A stretch of DNA of 64,000 nt from the IMG/VR virus record IMGVR_UViG_3300028844_006278; one strand, given 5' to 3'. Positions within the stretch are counted from its first letter, which is position 1, and the number at the start of each line of letters is the position of its first letter. Origin of the DNA: a virus. Below, in pieces: positions 54,255 through 63,161 of the stretch. The position numbers and the translations under genes are program-made. The notes beneath the pieces are model-generated. The model worked only from the letters and a program-made list of their open reading frames with translations, ran no database searches and was not told the origin of the DNA.

Positions 54255-56642
54255 TTAGTCCTCTAACCATGTGATGGCGCCTGTGATATCCTGCGCTGCT
54301 CCTCCGGTCATTCTGGCTGCGATGCAGAGAACATCTCCTCGCTCTAAGTGCAACGGGTTAATGCCCTCCTCTGCAAGGTCTGTGAATTTGAACAGGGCCG
54401 GCTGCCCTCCGAAGGTATTGAGCGCCGAGAGAACAGTACCTTCGTCGGAGAAAGTCGTACCAGCTACGTCGACCTCTACAATACTCTCCGCCTCGTCCTC
54501 GTATAGCCAGTTAGTCTCTCCGGCAAACGTCGGGTTGAGCAAGATCTTTATTTCGCAAGACTTACTGCCTTCCGGGGTAACGGATGCGATCTTAGGTAAT
54601 ACCTCCGATAGCTGTGTGGTGCCTGCGAACACGTTCCGTACTCGTATGGCAATGAGGGATGTAAGGGTCGTTGATACTGCCGTCCTGGTATTTACGTCTC
54701 CTCTAGGCTTACGGAACGGGTGGATCTTTCCCTGTATCGCTGCCATAAGACTACCGCCTCTCACCTGGATATTAGTGGACGATCCTAGGCTTTCCGATAT
54801 CCACCCTATTTTTAAGGTAGGGTTGGATAACGTCGGAGTACTACGATTATTTGCGAACTTCCATCTGTGGAATATGAAAAATCTTCCTGTTTCCGGGTTT
54901 TCTACAGACATGGACACCTCTCCATACCCTATATATTGTAGATTTAGTTCGTACACATTTCCTAAGTCCGGATCGATCGTCATGCCGCTCGGGCCGGTGC
55001 CGTCTAGATTGTCGTCGGTAAAGGATCCTTGGTATGTCCAGTCCTCTGTATTGACTACACCGGCCGCCGTCTGGGCGATGCTGCCTGCGAACGTCCCGTT
55101 ACTCGATACTGAGTAGCTACCCGCAGCTGGTCCGGCGTTTAGATTGAATAGGATAACCTTGCCGTTATTCTGCGAGACCTCCCATACGCTCTGGTTGGCA
55201 TCCAGCCACTCTGCGACCTCGTATGCGTTATGCTCCGCAGTACCGGAGGTGACCGGGATGTTGTATGTAACTGTATTCAGCTCTATGTCTGCTGTCTCGC
55301 TACCGGAAGCCGGTGTCCCTATCGTCAGTTCTCGGATCTCGTGCATACCGGCATATCGATGCATAACCCCGAACCCTTGTGCGTCGTGGTATCCGACAAG
55401 GAACCCATTAGTCGAATTGAAGGCACCTGCGAGCTGTAGACTGAGAGATACGTCGTTATTTTTGTCGAATAGGGCGGTCCATCGGTACAGGGATCCCTGT
55501 CCTGGTCTGTAGCGCAGAGCTCGTCGACCGCGAATTACTCCGTACCCTCCGATAGATACTCCTGTAGCGCAGACGAAGTTGCCGTCCACAACAGCTGTAG
55601 ATCCGCCCGTAGCACTAAAGGTTTCTACTTTATCTAATAGTCCGTACACAGCATCAGCCTGAGCAATAGGGTTCAGCTCAGCCACCTGCAGTTCCCCGAA
55701 GGCTGTAGCCGGAGACTTTATGCTTGTCAAGAACGCGCCGCTCTCGTCTAGCGCTGCGTTCGTATATTTTCCGTTAGGCTGGCGGCCTGAGATAACTGCT
55801 CGGACGTTCGATACGTCGATGTTATCTCCGATAGTCGAGTTGAGGCGAGATACCAGCTCTACTTGAGACGTATGATATATCGTCTGTATCGTGAAAGACG
55901 TAGTGGCTGTCGTCCCGTTGTCGTACCGGATTTGGAAGTATTTGGCAACTACCCCTAGTGTACGAGGAGCTGCGGCTGTAACATCGTCTACTGCTATAGC
56001 GATGGACCTATGCGTAGTAACAGAGTCGTGTGAGAACTCCATGTAGAGCGTACCGTCTGCCGTTCCTGCTGATGTGCCGTCTACGAGTATCGTCAGACCT
56101 GCGTATCCCGAGACATCTTCCCATGTTCCGTTAAAACTGGCAGAGACCCCTAGTGTCGCATCTGTGCTGTTCCCTGGGCTTACCCCGCCTGTCGGTATAT
56201 TGCCGTATTCGCCGTCCGGAGCCTCGGCCGCGATGACTGCTTTTACAACAGTCGCATCGTTGTCTGAGTTGATGCCCTGGCTTAATGGAGCATTAGGCTT
56301 GCCGGCGAAGATGCCGTAGTATGTAGACAGGCGCAGATATGTCTGCGGAGTTCCGTCGTTAACCATACGCACTCGGAAATATCGAGGTCCTTTTACAGCT
56401 GTGTGGAACTCGTGTATGCCTGCTGCTACTGCGAACCCGTTGACCGGGAAGGTTCCCCAGTTCGTACCGTCTACAGAGAAGTCGAAGTATAGGGTACCTG
56501 TCTGATCTGTCTGGCAGGATACCATTACATCGGAATAGTCGTCCAGCTCCCCGGTGCCTGTGAAAGTGGCACTAGCCCCTAACGGAGTCGTGCTCGTATT
56601 GAGTGTAGAATTAGTGCTGATTTGTTTAGGGAGAAAGCTCAT
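54255..56642 (-). CDS. Large beta-rich structural protein (fibre/appendage-like)
   Basis: 795 aa, Thr/Gly/Ser-rich; two N-terminal repeats (LGASATFTGT..Y / LGVSASFNGT..Y). Confidence 0.6.
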   Translation of the reverse strand: MSFLPKQISTNSTLNTSTTPLGASATFTGTGELDDYSDVMVSCQTDQTGTLYFDFSVDGTNWGTFPVNGFAVAAGIHEFHTAVKGPRYFRVRMVNDGTPQTYLRLSTYYGIFAGKPNAPLSQGINSDNDATVVKAVIAAEAPDGEYGNIPTGGVSPGNSTDATLGVSASFNGTWEDVSGYAGLTILVDGTSAGTADGTLYMEFSHDSVTTHRSIAIAVDDVTAAAPRTLGVVAKYFQIRYDNGTTATTSFTIQTIYHTSQVELVSRLNSTIGDNIDVSNVRAVISGRQPNGKYTNAALDESGAFLTSIKSPATAFGELQVAELNPIAQADAVYGLLDKVETFSATGGSTAVVDGNFVCATGVSIGGYGVIRGRRALRYRPGQGSLYRWTALFDKNNDVSLSLQLAGAFNSTNGFLVGYHDAQGFGVMHRYAGMHEIRELTIGTPASGSETADIELNTVTYNIPVTSGTAEHNAYEVAEWLDANQSVWEVSQNNGKVILFNLNAGPAAGSYSVSSNGTFAGSIAQTAAGVVNTEDWTYQGSFTDDNLDGTGPSGMTIDPDLGNVYELNLQYIGYGEVSMSVENPETGRFFIFHRWKFANNRSTPTLSNPTLKIGWISESLGSSTNIQVRGGSLMAAIQGKIHPFRKPRGDVNTRTAVSTTLTSLIAIRVRNVFAGTTQLSEVLPKIASVTPEGSKSCEIKILLNPTFAGETNWLYEDEAESIVEVDVAGTTFSDEGTVLSALNTFGGQPALFKFTDLAEEGINPLHLERGDVLCIAARMTGGAAQDITGAITWLED

Positions 56643-56682
56643 AGGGTCTTGCCTCTGTATTAGTCTGTCCGTATTGGGGGAC

Positions 56683-57240
56683 CTATATGATCCACCAATT
56701 GGATCCGTCGGATACTACGTCTATGCTAGTGTACGGTACGTTGACTGACTTACTTAGCTCGTTGTCAATAGTTTCGGTCCCGTCTCCGTCAATATCTACT
56801 TGATTGCCTGTCGTGTCTATCTTCTTTACCGTAAGTGTTTCGTTGGCGTAGTCTGCAGCCGGTGGGAGTGTGACTGTAATAGCGTTGCTGGATGCGTCCG
56901 CTAATACAATAGACTCGCCATTGTCTCCGGCTGTATAGGAGGCTGCTGTAGTAGTATGTACTGTGCCCTTCGAGAACGATACCCAAGCAGTCCTTCCGCC
57001 GTCGTAGTATCGCCAGGAATAGGTCGTATAATTGTAGTACAGATCTCCGTCCTGTGGGGCGGGACTAGAGGGGTCCTCTGCCTGTACCCCATAGTGTCTT
57101 ACCCCTCTAACCATGTCCAGGTCAGATGCCGGGATAGACTTAGAGGTAAACGATCCGCCTCCTTGATCTTCAGACACGAGTAAGAGGTCAGTGACCGAGA
57201 GATTCGCCGAAGCTATTAAGTCTGATATCGCTTTTGCCAT
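56683..57240 (-). CDS. Fibre/baseplate-like structural protein
   Basis: PSSPAPQDGDLYYN; LADASSNAITVTLPPAA..LTVKKID..DGTETID..SDGSNWWII. Confidence 0.6.
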   Translation of the reverse strand: MAKAISDLIASANLSVTDLLLVSEDQGGGSFTSKSIPASDLDMVRGVRHYGVQAEDPSSPAPQDGDLYYNYTTYSWRYYDGGRTAWVSFSKGTVHTTTAASYTAGDNGESIVLADASSNAITVTLPPAADYANETLTVKKIDTTGNQVDIDGDGTETIDNELSKSVNVPYTSIDVVSDGSNWWII

Positions 57241-57268
57241 TAAGGGGTCCTCTATATATTAGGTAGGC

Positions 57269-57502
57269 TCAGTCTCGATGCCTGTGGGTAGCTGATATTA
57301 CCCGAATGAGCTCGCGTATCACTTGGTTGTTTTCTCGTACGACGCTCGTGGTCTCTTCGGATATCTTCTTCGAATCTGTCCTCCACTCCTTACGCTCCTC
57401 GGAGTGCCTGTCTCCTGCTTTATTGAATAGCCAGAGCAGGACGCCGGCAAATGCCAGAGCTAGGCCGTGCTCTTTGATTAGTATAATGATATCTGCTAAC
57501 AT
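57269..57502 (-). CDS. Holin-like protein (BhlA/UviB-type topology)
   Basis: 77 aa, N-terminal TM GLALAFAGVLLWLF followed by charged coiled coil. Confidence 0.45.
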   Translation of the reverse strand: MLADIIILIKEHGLALAFAGVLLWLFNKAGDRHSEERKEWRTDSKKISEETTSVVRENNQVIRELIRVISATHRHRD

Positions 57503-57550
57503 CGGCTGCGCTCTCCATGCATTGTATGCTGTGCCGCCATTATCTTCTCC

Positions 57551-57865
57551 CTATCGGATCCGCTTAAGGGTTAGATACAGATGGTACGTAGTCCAAGAGG
57601 TAGCAAAGAACATGACAAACCTTATGTACGACTGCAGCTGTACGCTCCAATTGGGGAGCCATCCGAAATGAGCCGCTGTCGCGAAGACTAGAGTCCCTAG
57701 GCCTATCACCGCCTCTCCTACTAATTGTAGGCTGATTGCTCGAGACAGTCCCTGGTCCTGTTTGCCTAGTCTCTTGTGGTACTTCTCGAATTTGATAGAG
57801 ACCACTACGGATAGTACCACTGTCGCTATGCCCATGGCGAAGATAAGAAATGTAAGTGTGCCCAT
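57551..57865 (-). CDS. Small three-TM membrane protein
   Basis: Three hydrophobic segments in 104 aa. Confidence 0.55.
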   Translation of the reverse strand: MGTLTFLIFAMGIATVVLSVVVSIKFEKYHKRLGKQDQGLSRAISLQLVGEAVIGLGTLVFATAAHFGWLPNWSVQLQSYIRFVMFFATSWTTYHLYLTLKRIR

Positions 57866-57963
57866 CGATCTATATACCCCTTTTGGATGTCTGGCTGCAA
57901 ACGAGAAGAGTTTACTGTGTTATCTATACGCTGCAGACGCCTCTATTACCTACGTATGCGAAA

Positions 57964-57980
57964 TTAGAATACGTATGCTA
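57964..57980 (-). promoter_or_regulatory. Repeated motif copy (TAGCATACGTATTCTAA)
   Basis: Identical to 30144-30160; partial extra copy tacgtatgc at 57951-57959. Confidence 0.55.
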
Positions 57981-57982
57981 CT

Positions 57983-58306
57983 TCACTCTCCCGGTATGGT
58001 GAGGTCTGGGAAAGTGCTAGGCCCTTCTCCACGAGCGAATCGACCCTCATCGATCATCTGCTTTGCCCAGGAGTGCAGCTTCCAGTGCTTGCTTATCTGC
58101 GAGTCCTGCTTCTTATCGAGATCGGACTTCTTCTCCGACTCGGACAGAGCGTCCTGTACTGCCTTCAGCTGGACTTTCATTACCTGTCGTTGGGCGTTCG
58201 CTGCGTATAGCTCTTTAAGGGTGAATGACGATAGACTAAGGCATATCGTCATTAGCACCCCCATTGCTATGTTAACCGCGTTGTTCACCTTACCTGTACC
58301 AGACAT
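57983..58306 (-). CDS. Membrane-anchored coiled-coil protein
   Basis: N-terminal TM followed by coiled coil. Confidence 0.5.
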   Translation of the reverse strand: MSGTGKVNNAVNIAMGVLMTICLSLSSFTLKELYAANAQRQVMKVQLKAVQDALSESEKKSDLDKKQDSQISKHWKLHSWAKQMIDEGRFARGEGPSTFPDLTIPGE

Positions 58307-58309
58307 CCT

Positions 58310-58627
58310 CTACTCCGCTCGGTTGGCGGTCTGCAGGTATGCCAAGGTCTTCGGATCGAACTGGATGTTATCCATAAGGCCCTTCGGATCATCCATAGCT
58401 ACAGGAGTATCTCGGAGTCCGGGAAACATGCCCGGTCGGCACTTCATTGCTAAGGCCACATTAGCCGCGTTGCCTGCTCGGGCTTCTTTCTGCTGAAGGC
58501 GTGCCTCGAGCTTCTCATTAAGCTTCTGCGTAACAGCATCACTTGCCTGCTTGTCGAGATGTGCTTTGGTATCCGTTGCTGTCTTCAGTCCAGCAGTGCA
58601 TTGAGAGATAAGGGAAGAGTTAGTCAT
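58310..58627 (-). CDS. Hypothetical protein
   Basis: LKTAT and DKQAS motifs. Confidence 0.5.
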   Translation of the reverse strand: MTNSSLISQCTAGLKTATDTKAHLDKQASDAVTQKLNEKLEARLQQKEARAGNAANVALAMKCRPGMFPGLRDTPVAMDDPKGLMDNIQFDPKTLAYLQTANRAE

Positions 58628-58749
58628 GATATATGTCTTCTGATTTTAAGTCGTAAAAATTAAGGTTTATAGGTGAGAGCTATGTTTCAGCATTTCTGCT
58701 AAGTTACGTAGACCTATTTGTAATAACAAATAGGCCTACTTATAACTCC

Positions 58750-59229
58750 TTACTTTTTAGCCTTGCCTCGAGCTGTGATTTTAGCTAATAGGAGCTCTCC
58801 GATCGGTCCGGAGGGCTTGGCCTTCTTATCTACTGTTGCTGGGGGACCGGCCGCCATCGTTGCATATGATCCTTGCATGCGCTTAAGGTTAGGGTGCTTA
58901 CCGTAGTCCACAGTACCGTCTTCCTTCTTCTTCTGCTGTGCGGCGCCGGAGAGGGTGCTCTGTGTCTTCTCGGCAGGACTAGGGGACTCGTACCCTACCT
59001 TCTCCCACCAGAGTCCTGGATCGTACGCAGCTTCCTTTTCAGCTGTGTCCTCTTCTTTCGATGTCTCGGTGCCTTGCGTGTCCTTCTTGTTGCGGAGGAT
59101 CTCAAAATCATCTTCTTCGATCTTACCGTTGCCGTTAGCGTCGATCTCTTCTTGATCGCCTACGAGCTCTGCGTTCTTCTGCAGGGCTACAAGGCGGTCC
59201 ACGCACTCACTTACCAGTCTGCTTCTCAT
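58750..59229 (-). CDS. Hypothetical protein with one EF-hand-like loop
   Basis: DANGNGKIEEDDF between QKNA and EKEAA; AGGAG SD. Confidence 0.6.
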   Translation of the reverse strand: MRSRLVSECVDRLVALQKNAELVGDQEEIDANGNGKIEEDDFEILRNKKDTQGTETSKEEDTAEKEAAYDPGLWWEKVGYESPSPAEKTQSTLSGAAQQKKKEDGTVDYGKHPNLKRMQGSYATMAAGPPATVDKKAKPSGPIGELLLAKITARGKAKK

Positions 59230-59405
59230 CTGTATACTCCTCTATTGCGGATTACTTTGGGTTTTGGAACACTGCCTTACATACTGCGAACCATAGGTCC
59301 CTTACTATAAACAGTATCGTATCAGGCATGTATACTATATGCGAAGGAGAGGCAGCTACAACGTACGGTACTCCCGTCAGTATAGGATGTGTTCATCCTA
59401 TAGCT

Positions 59406-59513
59406 AAAAAAAAGGTAGGGGGGTAAGGGGTTCTCCCCTGCTGCAATAGATCGTGCTACCCGGGAATCTCTCCGGGTATATATCTCTACTGCAGCAGGGA
59501 CGCCCTTAACCCT
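59406..59513 (-). ncRNA. About 95-nt imperfect hairpin followed by T8 (structured RNA or terminator)
   Basis: Pairings GGGTTAAGGG/CCCTTACCC, CCCTGCTGCA/TGCAGCAGGG, TACCCGG/CCGGGTA. Confidence 0.5.
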
Positions 59514-59563
59514 GGGACAAACAGGTACAGCTCCGGTTTAACGCCCCTCAGCTCGGCGTGCCA

Positions 59564-59848
59564 TCAGGATGTCGGGTAGGGTGCCCCGGGGGGCATCTCC
59601 GGACACTGCCGGAAAACCCATATGTCGTACCCCCGTACCTCCACATACTCCGCCCAGGTACCGTCGTCGTACCAGACGGTACCTCCGTAGAAGTTTAGTT
59701 CCGACAGCGGGGCCAGGTACTCTAGGGCGCGATCCACGCATGCGGTGATGAGCGTGTGCTCCTCGACGCCTGCCTCGAGGCTGATCAGGTTTACTGACCG
59801 ATCCGCTGTCGTTTTCTTGATGAGCCTCTCAAATGCATCTTTGTGCAT
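59564..59848 (-). CDS. Hypothetical phage protein
   Basis: Start MHKDAF at 59848 after GAGGAGG; GTVWYDDGTW motif. Confidence 0.6.
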   Translation of the reverse strand: MHKDAFERLIKKTTADRSVNLISLEAGVEEHTLITACVDRALEYLAPLSELNFYGGTVWYDDGTWAEYVEVRGYDIWVFRQCPEMPPGAPYPTS

Positions 59849-59859
59849 GATGCCCTCCT

Positions 59860-60815
59860 CGGGTACCCGGTACCGCCGGGCCGGTGCAGGACTTCGCTCC
59901 TGCGGCGCCCCGAAGGGTCCGCTACGTTTAACGCCCATCAGCTAGGCATGTAGGAAAGGGGTGGTGCTACTGCAATTCATCCACGGGACGCACCGGCCCG
60001 GGATATACGGATGTCCTTGTATCAGCCCCGGTAATCCGTCCTGGCTGTGCTGATACGAGGGGTGGAATAGCCCACAAGCGATTAGGCAACAAGCTGCAGT
60101 GACTTGTCGCCCCGGGTCTGCCCTTCCCGACGGGCCCTCCTGTTCGCTACGGAGGATCGCGATCTGCCCTATTACACCGGCAGACATGGCGGCTCCGTTT
60201 AATGCCCAGCTCGGCATGTAGGAAAGGGGGTGCAGAGCGTGGGACCACCACGTTGACTTCCCTGCAGTCTTGCTACAGGTGGCGAGGATGACTATCCCAC
60301 TCGCGGCACACATGTCTATTATACGGTTTCATCGGGGTGTGCTCCCGGCAGTTGCCCTCCAACCCGGGGCTACTGCTTTCGGGTCCACGTGTCCGCGGCG
60401 CAGGGAACTACCCCTACGCCCGACTGGGAATGTCTCTGCCTGGCGGTAGGCAGAGCGGTATGGCAGGGCTTTGTACATTCCATCCACCAGGCTATTCGCC
60501 GCCCGGCTTCCGTACTGACCTCCATTAGCCCAGGAGGCGGGGTCCAGGTAGCGAGGGGTGACCCTCCCTATACGCCCCCCTGGTCCTCCCAGGGCGCATA
60601 GGTTACCGGCGATGACGGGCCGGACCGGTGGGTCTACTACAGGCGTAGCAGCCTGCATGTGACTTATATGTAGGGTTGTTGCTGTCTGGCCGCTACCAGA
60701 TCCACAACAGCTGTAGCCGGCGTTCATCGCCGCCCTAGTATCGACTCACGTTCCCCGGGCTACAGCCCCCGGGTACTTGCTACTGCCAGCTCATAGTCTG
60801 GCGGGGTCGGTGCCC
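59860..60815 (-). ncRNA. Candidate long structured non-coding region
   Basis: Dense short hairpins and a repeated pseudoknot-like element; overlapping ORFs look non-coding. Confidence 0.45.
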
Positions 60816-60817
60816 AG

Positions 60818-61123
60818 CTAGGCGGGATCAACAGATACTATGATCCCAGACAGGTCTCCCTGCCTGTTCACTAGTACCTGCCCCGGCAGGGCGCTGTACC
60901 GCCGGGTACGCAGGAGCTCGGCTCCCGCGCTGTTGCGACAGACGAACTCGCTGCCGTCTGTGTCCACAGTTAGCGCCCGGCGGAAATCTTTTACCGCCTT
61001 GGGGGGTACAGCGACCACCCCTCCAACGTACTCACTGCCTTTAAAGGCTTGGAGCGCGTTGGCGCCGGGAACCGCCACCAGAGTGTAGCAGTCCCCGGAC
61101 TTTGTGGTGGCTATGACGTACAT
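60818..61123 (-). CDS. Hypothetical protein
   Basis: AGGAGG SD upstream of ATG 61123. Confidence 0.6.
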   Translation of the reverse strand: MYVIATTKSGDCYTLVAVPGANALQAFKGSEYVGGVVAVPPKAVKDFRRALTVDTDGSEFVCRNSAGAELLRTRRYSALPGQVLVNRQGDLSGIIVSVDPA

Positions 61124-61209
61124 ATCGTCCTCCTGTTAAGGTTAGCACTCACCAAGTATATATGCCCTAAAATACCCCCGTAATTAAGGCATTTTTAGGA
61201 CATATATAC

Positions 61210-61860
61210 CTACATCATTGCCTCTGTTATACTGCCCTGGAGGATAGCGATTGCGTCTTTTACCGCGGCGGACTCTGCGGAGGAATATGCGGCGGACCAG
61301 GCGGCGTTCTCTGCGGAGACTTCTGCGACGATCCTGGGGAAGGAACGGTCGGTGAAGTCTGCAGCGATCCGTGATCGAGCTGCCCGTGCGGCGGACTGTG
61401 CGGCGTGCCTTGCGGAGACTTCTGCGTTTTCTTCGTAGTCCGGGTCGGTGCTGGAGTAGCTGCCGCATGCAGACCAATACGCGGACCACCAAGCGGTCCG
61501 GGCGGGGGACTGCGTAGGGCTCCGGTCCTCGTACTGTGCGGCGGCGGCCCTATCCTCTTCTAACCCATCACGCAACCAGCGCAGCACAATCTCCGGAGCA
61601 TCCCAGTTACCGATACAGCGGAGCGCCGAGCGCCTCGCTGCAAGGCTGCACTGCTCTTCAGACATTAATCGGTATAGGGCCCAGAGCTTATCCCGTGCGG
61701 GGATCTTGCGCATACGGCCTAGCTGCTCTATACTGATCGGCAGCTTAGGCATCAACCATCCTCCTAGAGCCGTGTCAGGCTCTCCGCTATATTGGTCGAA
61801 GTAGCACGCATCTTTCGAGACTAGCCACTCGTGCGTTATTACCTTATCTTCGTCTTTCAT
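61210..61860 (-). CDS. Hypothetical phage protein with Ala-rich C-terminus
   Basis: 216 aa; DKLWAL..LAARRSALR, imperfect internal repeat AEVSA..AA.SAA. Confidence 0.6.
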   Translation of the reverse strand: MKDEDKVITHEWLVSKDACYFDQYSGEPDTALGGWLMPKLPISIEQLGRMRKIPARDKLWALYRLMSEEQCSLAARRSALRCIGNWDAPEIVLRWLRDGLEEDRAAAAQYEDRSPTQSPARTAWWSAYWSACGSYSSTDPDYEENAEVSARHAAQSAARAARSRIAADFTDRSFPRIVAEVSAENAAWSAAYSSAESAAVKDAIAILQGSITEAMM

Positions 61861-62127
61861 TGCGTTGTTGTTCCTTGTTATTGATTAAAGGGAGGAGGGA
61901 CAGGGCGGACCTGTCCTCTCCACTTATAGTGGCTCATTGCTTTGTATTTATGCGGGAAGTGCTTTCGGAATCTCTCCCGACGATTAGCAGCTATGGCATC
62001 TGCTCGGACCTCCCCCAGTCGCCTATCTATAGGGAACAAGGCGTCTGACCCTAGGAGCTCTACTCCTGGGTCATCGCAGAAGAAGGCATAGTTAATATGT
62101 AGCGTAGTGTTTATCACTATTTGCCCC

Positions 62128-62541
62128 CTAGTCCGTCTTCCAGCGTACGTCTTTGAGATCGCAGGTGAATCCGGCATTCATCGTAAGTCTGTCCTGAGAG
62201 TGGATGCTTGTAACATATGACTCTCTCCACCGGTTGGCTGCGGATAGGCCTATCTTCATCCTGTAGTAGCACGGGCGGCCTAGTATGTCGGATACTTTGC
62301 TGTCTGCTATCTCTTCAGGTGTCGGAGCCTTTCCCATATCTTCATCAACTGTCATGTGTACTGTTTCCTGTTTTCTTAAATATGCCGCGGTGAGTCCTAT
62401 AAGCTGTGCTGCCAGCAGGGTTAGTAAAATAGTAGGCAGCTGATTTGCTCCCGGATTGAGTCTCCCTATTGCGGGGCCGCAGGCTAGTATGAACACGGCT
62501 ATTATGCCGGAGGCTGCTACGGCCTTGTCTCTTGTGCTCAT
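62128..62541 (-). CDS. Two-TM hypothetical protein
   Basis: Start MSTRDK at 62541 by ATGA overlap. Confidence 0.5.
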   Translation of the reverse strand: MSTRDKAVAASGIIAVFILACGPAIGRLNPGANQLPTILLTLLAAQLIGLTAAYLRKQETVHMTVDEDMGKAPTPEEIADSKVSDILGRPCYYRMKIGLSAANRWRESYVTSIHSQDRLTMNAGFTCDLKDVRWKTD

Positions 62542-63008
62542 CGCCGAGGACACGTAAAGGTGTATTCCGGAACCTCTTTGCACATTAGATCCCATAGTAC
62601 CTCATCCGCGGACTGGCTCGGAAGGTTGTGGTCCAATATAAATCGGTCGTACAGCTCTGTGAGGGCCTCGAAAAGTACGTCATCCTCTACGTCTTGATCG
62701 TCCCATGCAGTGATGAACCTTCTCAGCCACTTGATCTTGTTCTTCACTGGGACTCGCTTATGCGCCTTCGGGGCCTCCTCCTCTGCCGGCCAGGAGATCG
62801 GCGTAGCCTTATATGCCCGTACAGTCTGGTGGTCGGCCTCTCGGCTGATGCCGTCTTCTCTCATCTCCTTAGCGGATCGGTACCCTATAGCAGTAGTGTA
62901 ATACTTGCCGTTATATGCTCCGTAGGTAGCCGACAGGAAGTGGGTAAAGGTGCCTTCGCATAAAGGCTTATAGACCCCTGGTATAGTAGTCTCTTGTTCT
63001 TCGCTCAT
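62538..63008 (-). CDS. Hypothetical protein
   Basis: 156 aa ORF directly downstream of the tRNA-like gene. Confidence 0.55.
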   Translation of the reverse strand: MSEEQETTIPGVYKPLCEGTFTHFLSATYGAYNGKYYTTAIGYRSAKEMREDGISREADHQTVRAYKATPISWPAEEEAPKAHKRVPVKNKIKWLRRFITAWDDQDVEDDVLFEALTELYDRFILDHNLPSQSADEVLWDLMCKEVPEYTFTCPRR

Positions 63009-63047
63009 GTCGTTATATGTTCCTTGTGTGTGTACGTAGAGGTGTGG

Positions 63048-63135
63048 TGGTAGACGACGGAGGACTCGAACCTCTCGACTTCCTGCCCGCGGTTTAGTGT
63101 CGGCAGATTAGAATTCTGCTGCGGGAACGCCGTCC
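63048..63135 (-). tRNA. Non-canonical tRNA-like gene (TCT anticodon loop, no D-arm)
   Basis: Acceptor GGACGGC/GTCGTCT + A + CCA; T-arm GAGG-TTCGAGT-CCTC; stem-loop GCAGA-ATTCTAA-TCTGC. Confidence 0.6.
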
Positions 63136-63161
63136 TACTATCTCTACAGTGTGTGTGGTAT

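Noticed and set aside
59529-60229. Repeats as attC sites, hammerhead, pistol or HDV-like ribozymes, or preQ1 riboswitch
   Set aside because: GTTAAAC fits an attC core but no matching inverse core was found; there is no CUGAUGA/GAAA core; the full pistol, HDV and preQ1 consensus could not be built by eye.
59942-60727. ORFs 59942..60313 and 60329..60727 as genes
   Set aside because: No clear SD sites, atypical composition, and they overlap dense RNA-like stems.
63108-63114. Amber suppressor (CTA) anticodon or stop-codon recoding
   Set aside because: The centred triplet of the 7-nt loop is TCT, and long genes read intact in the standard code with TAG used as a stop.
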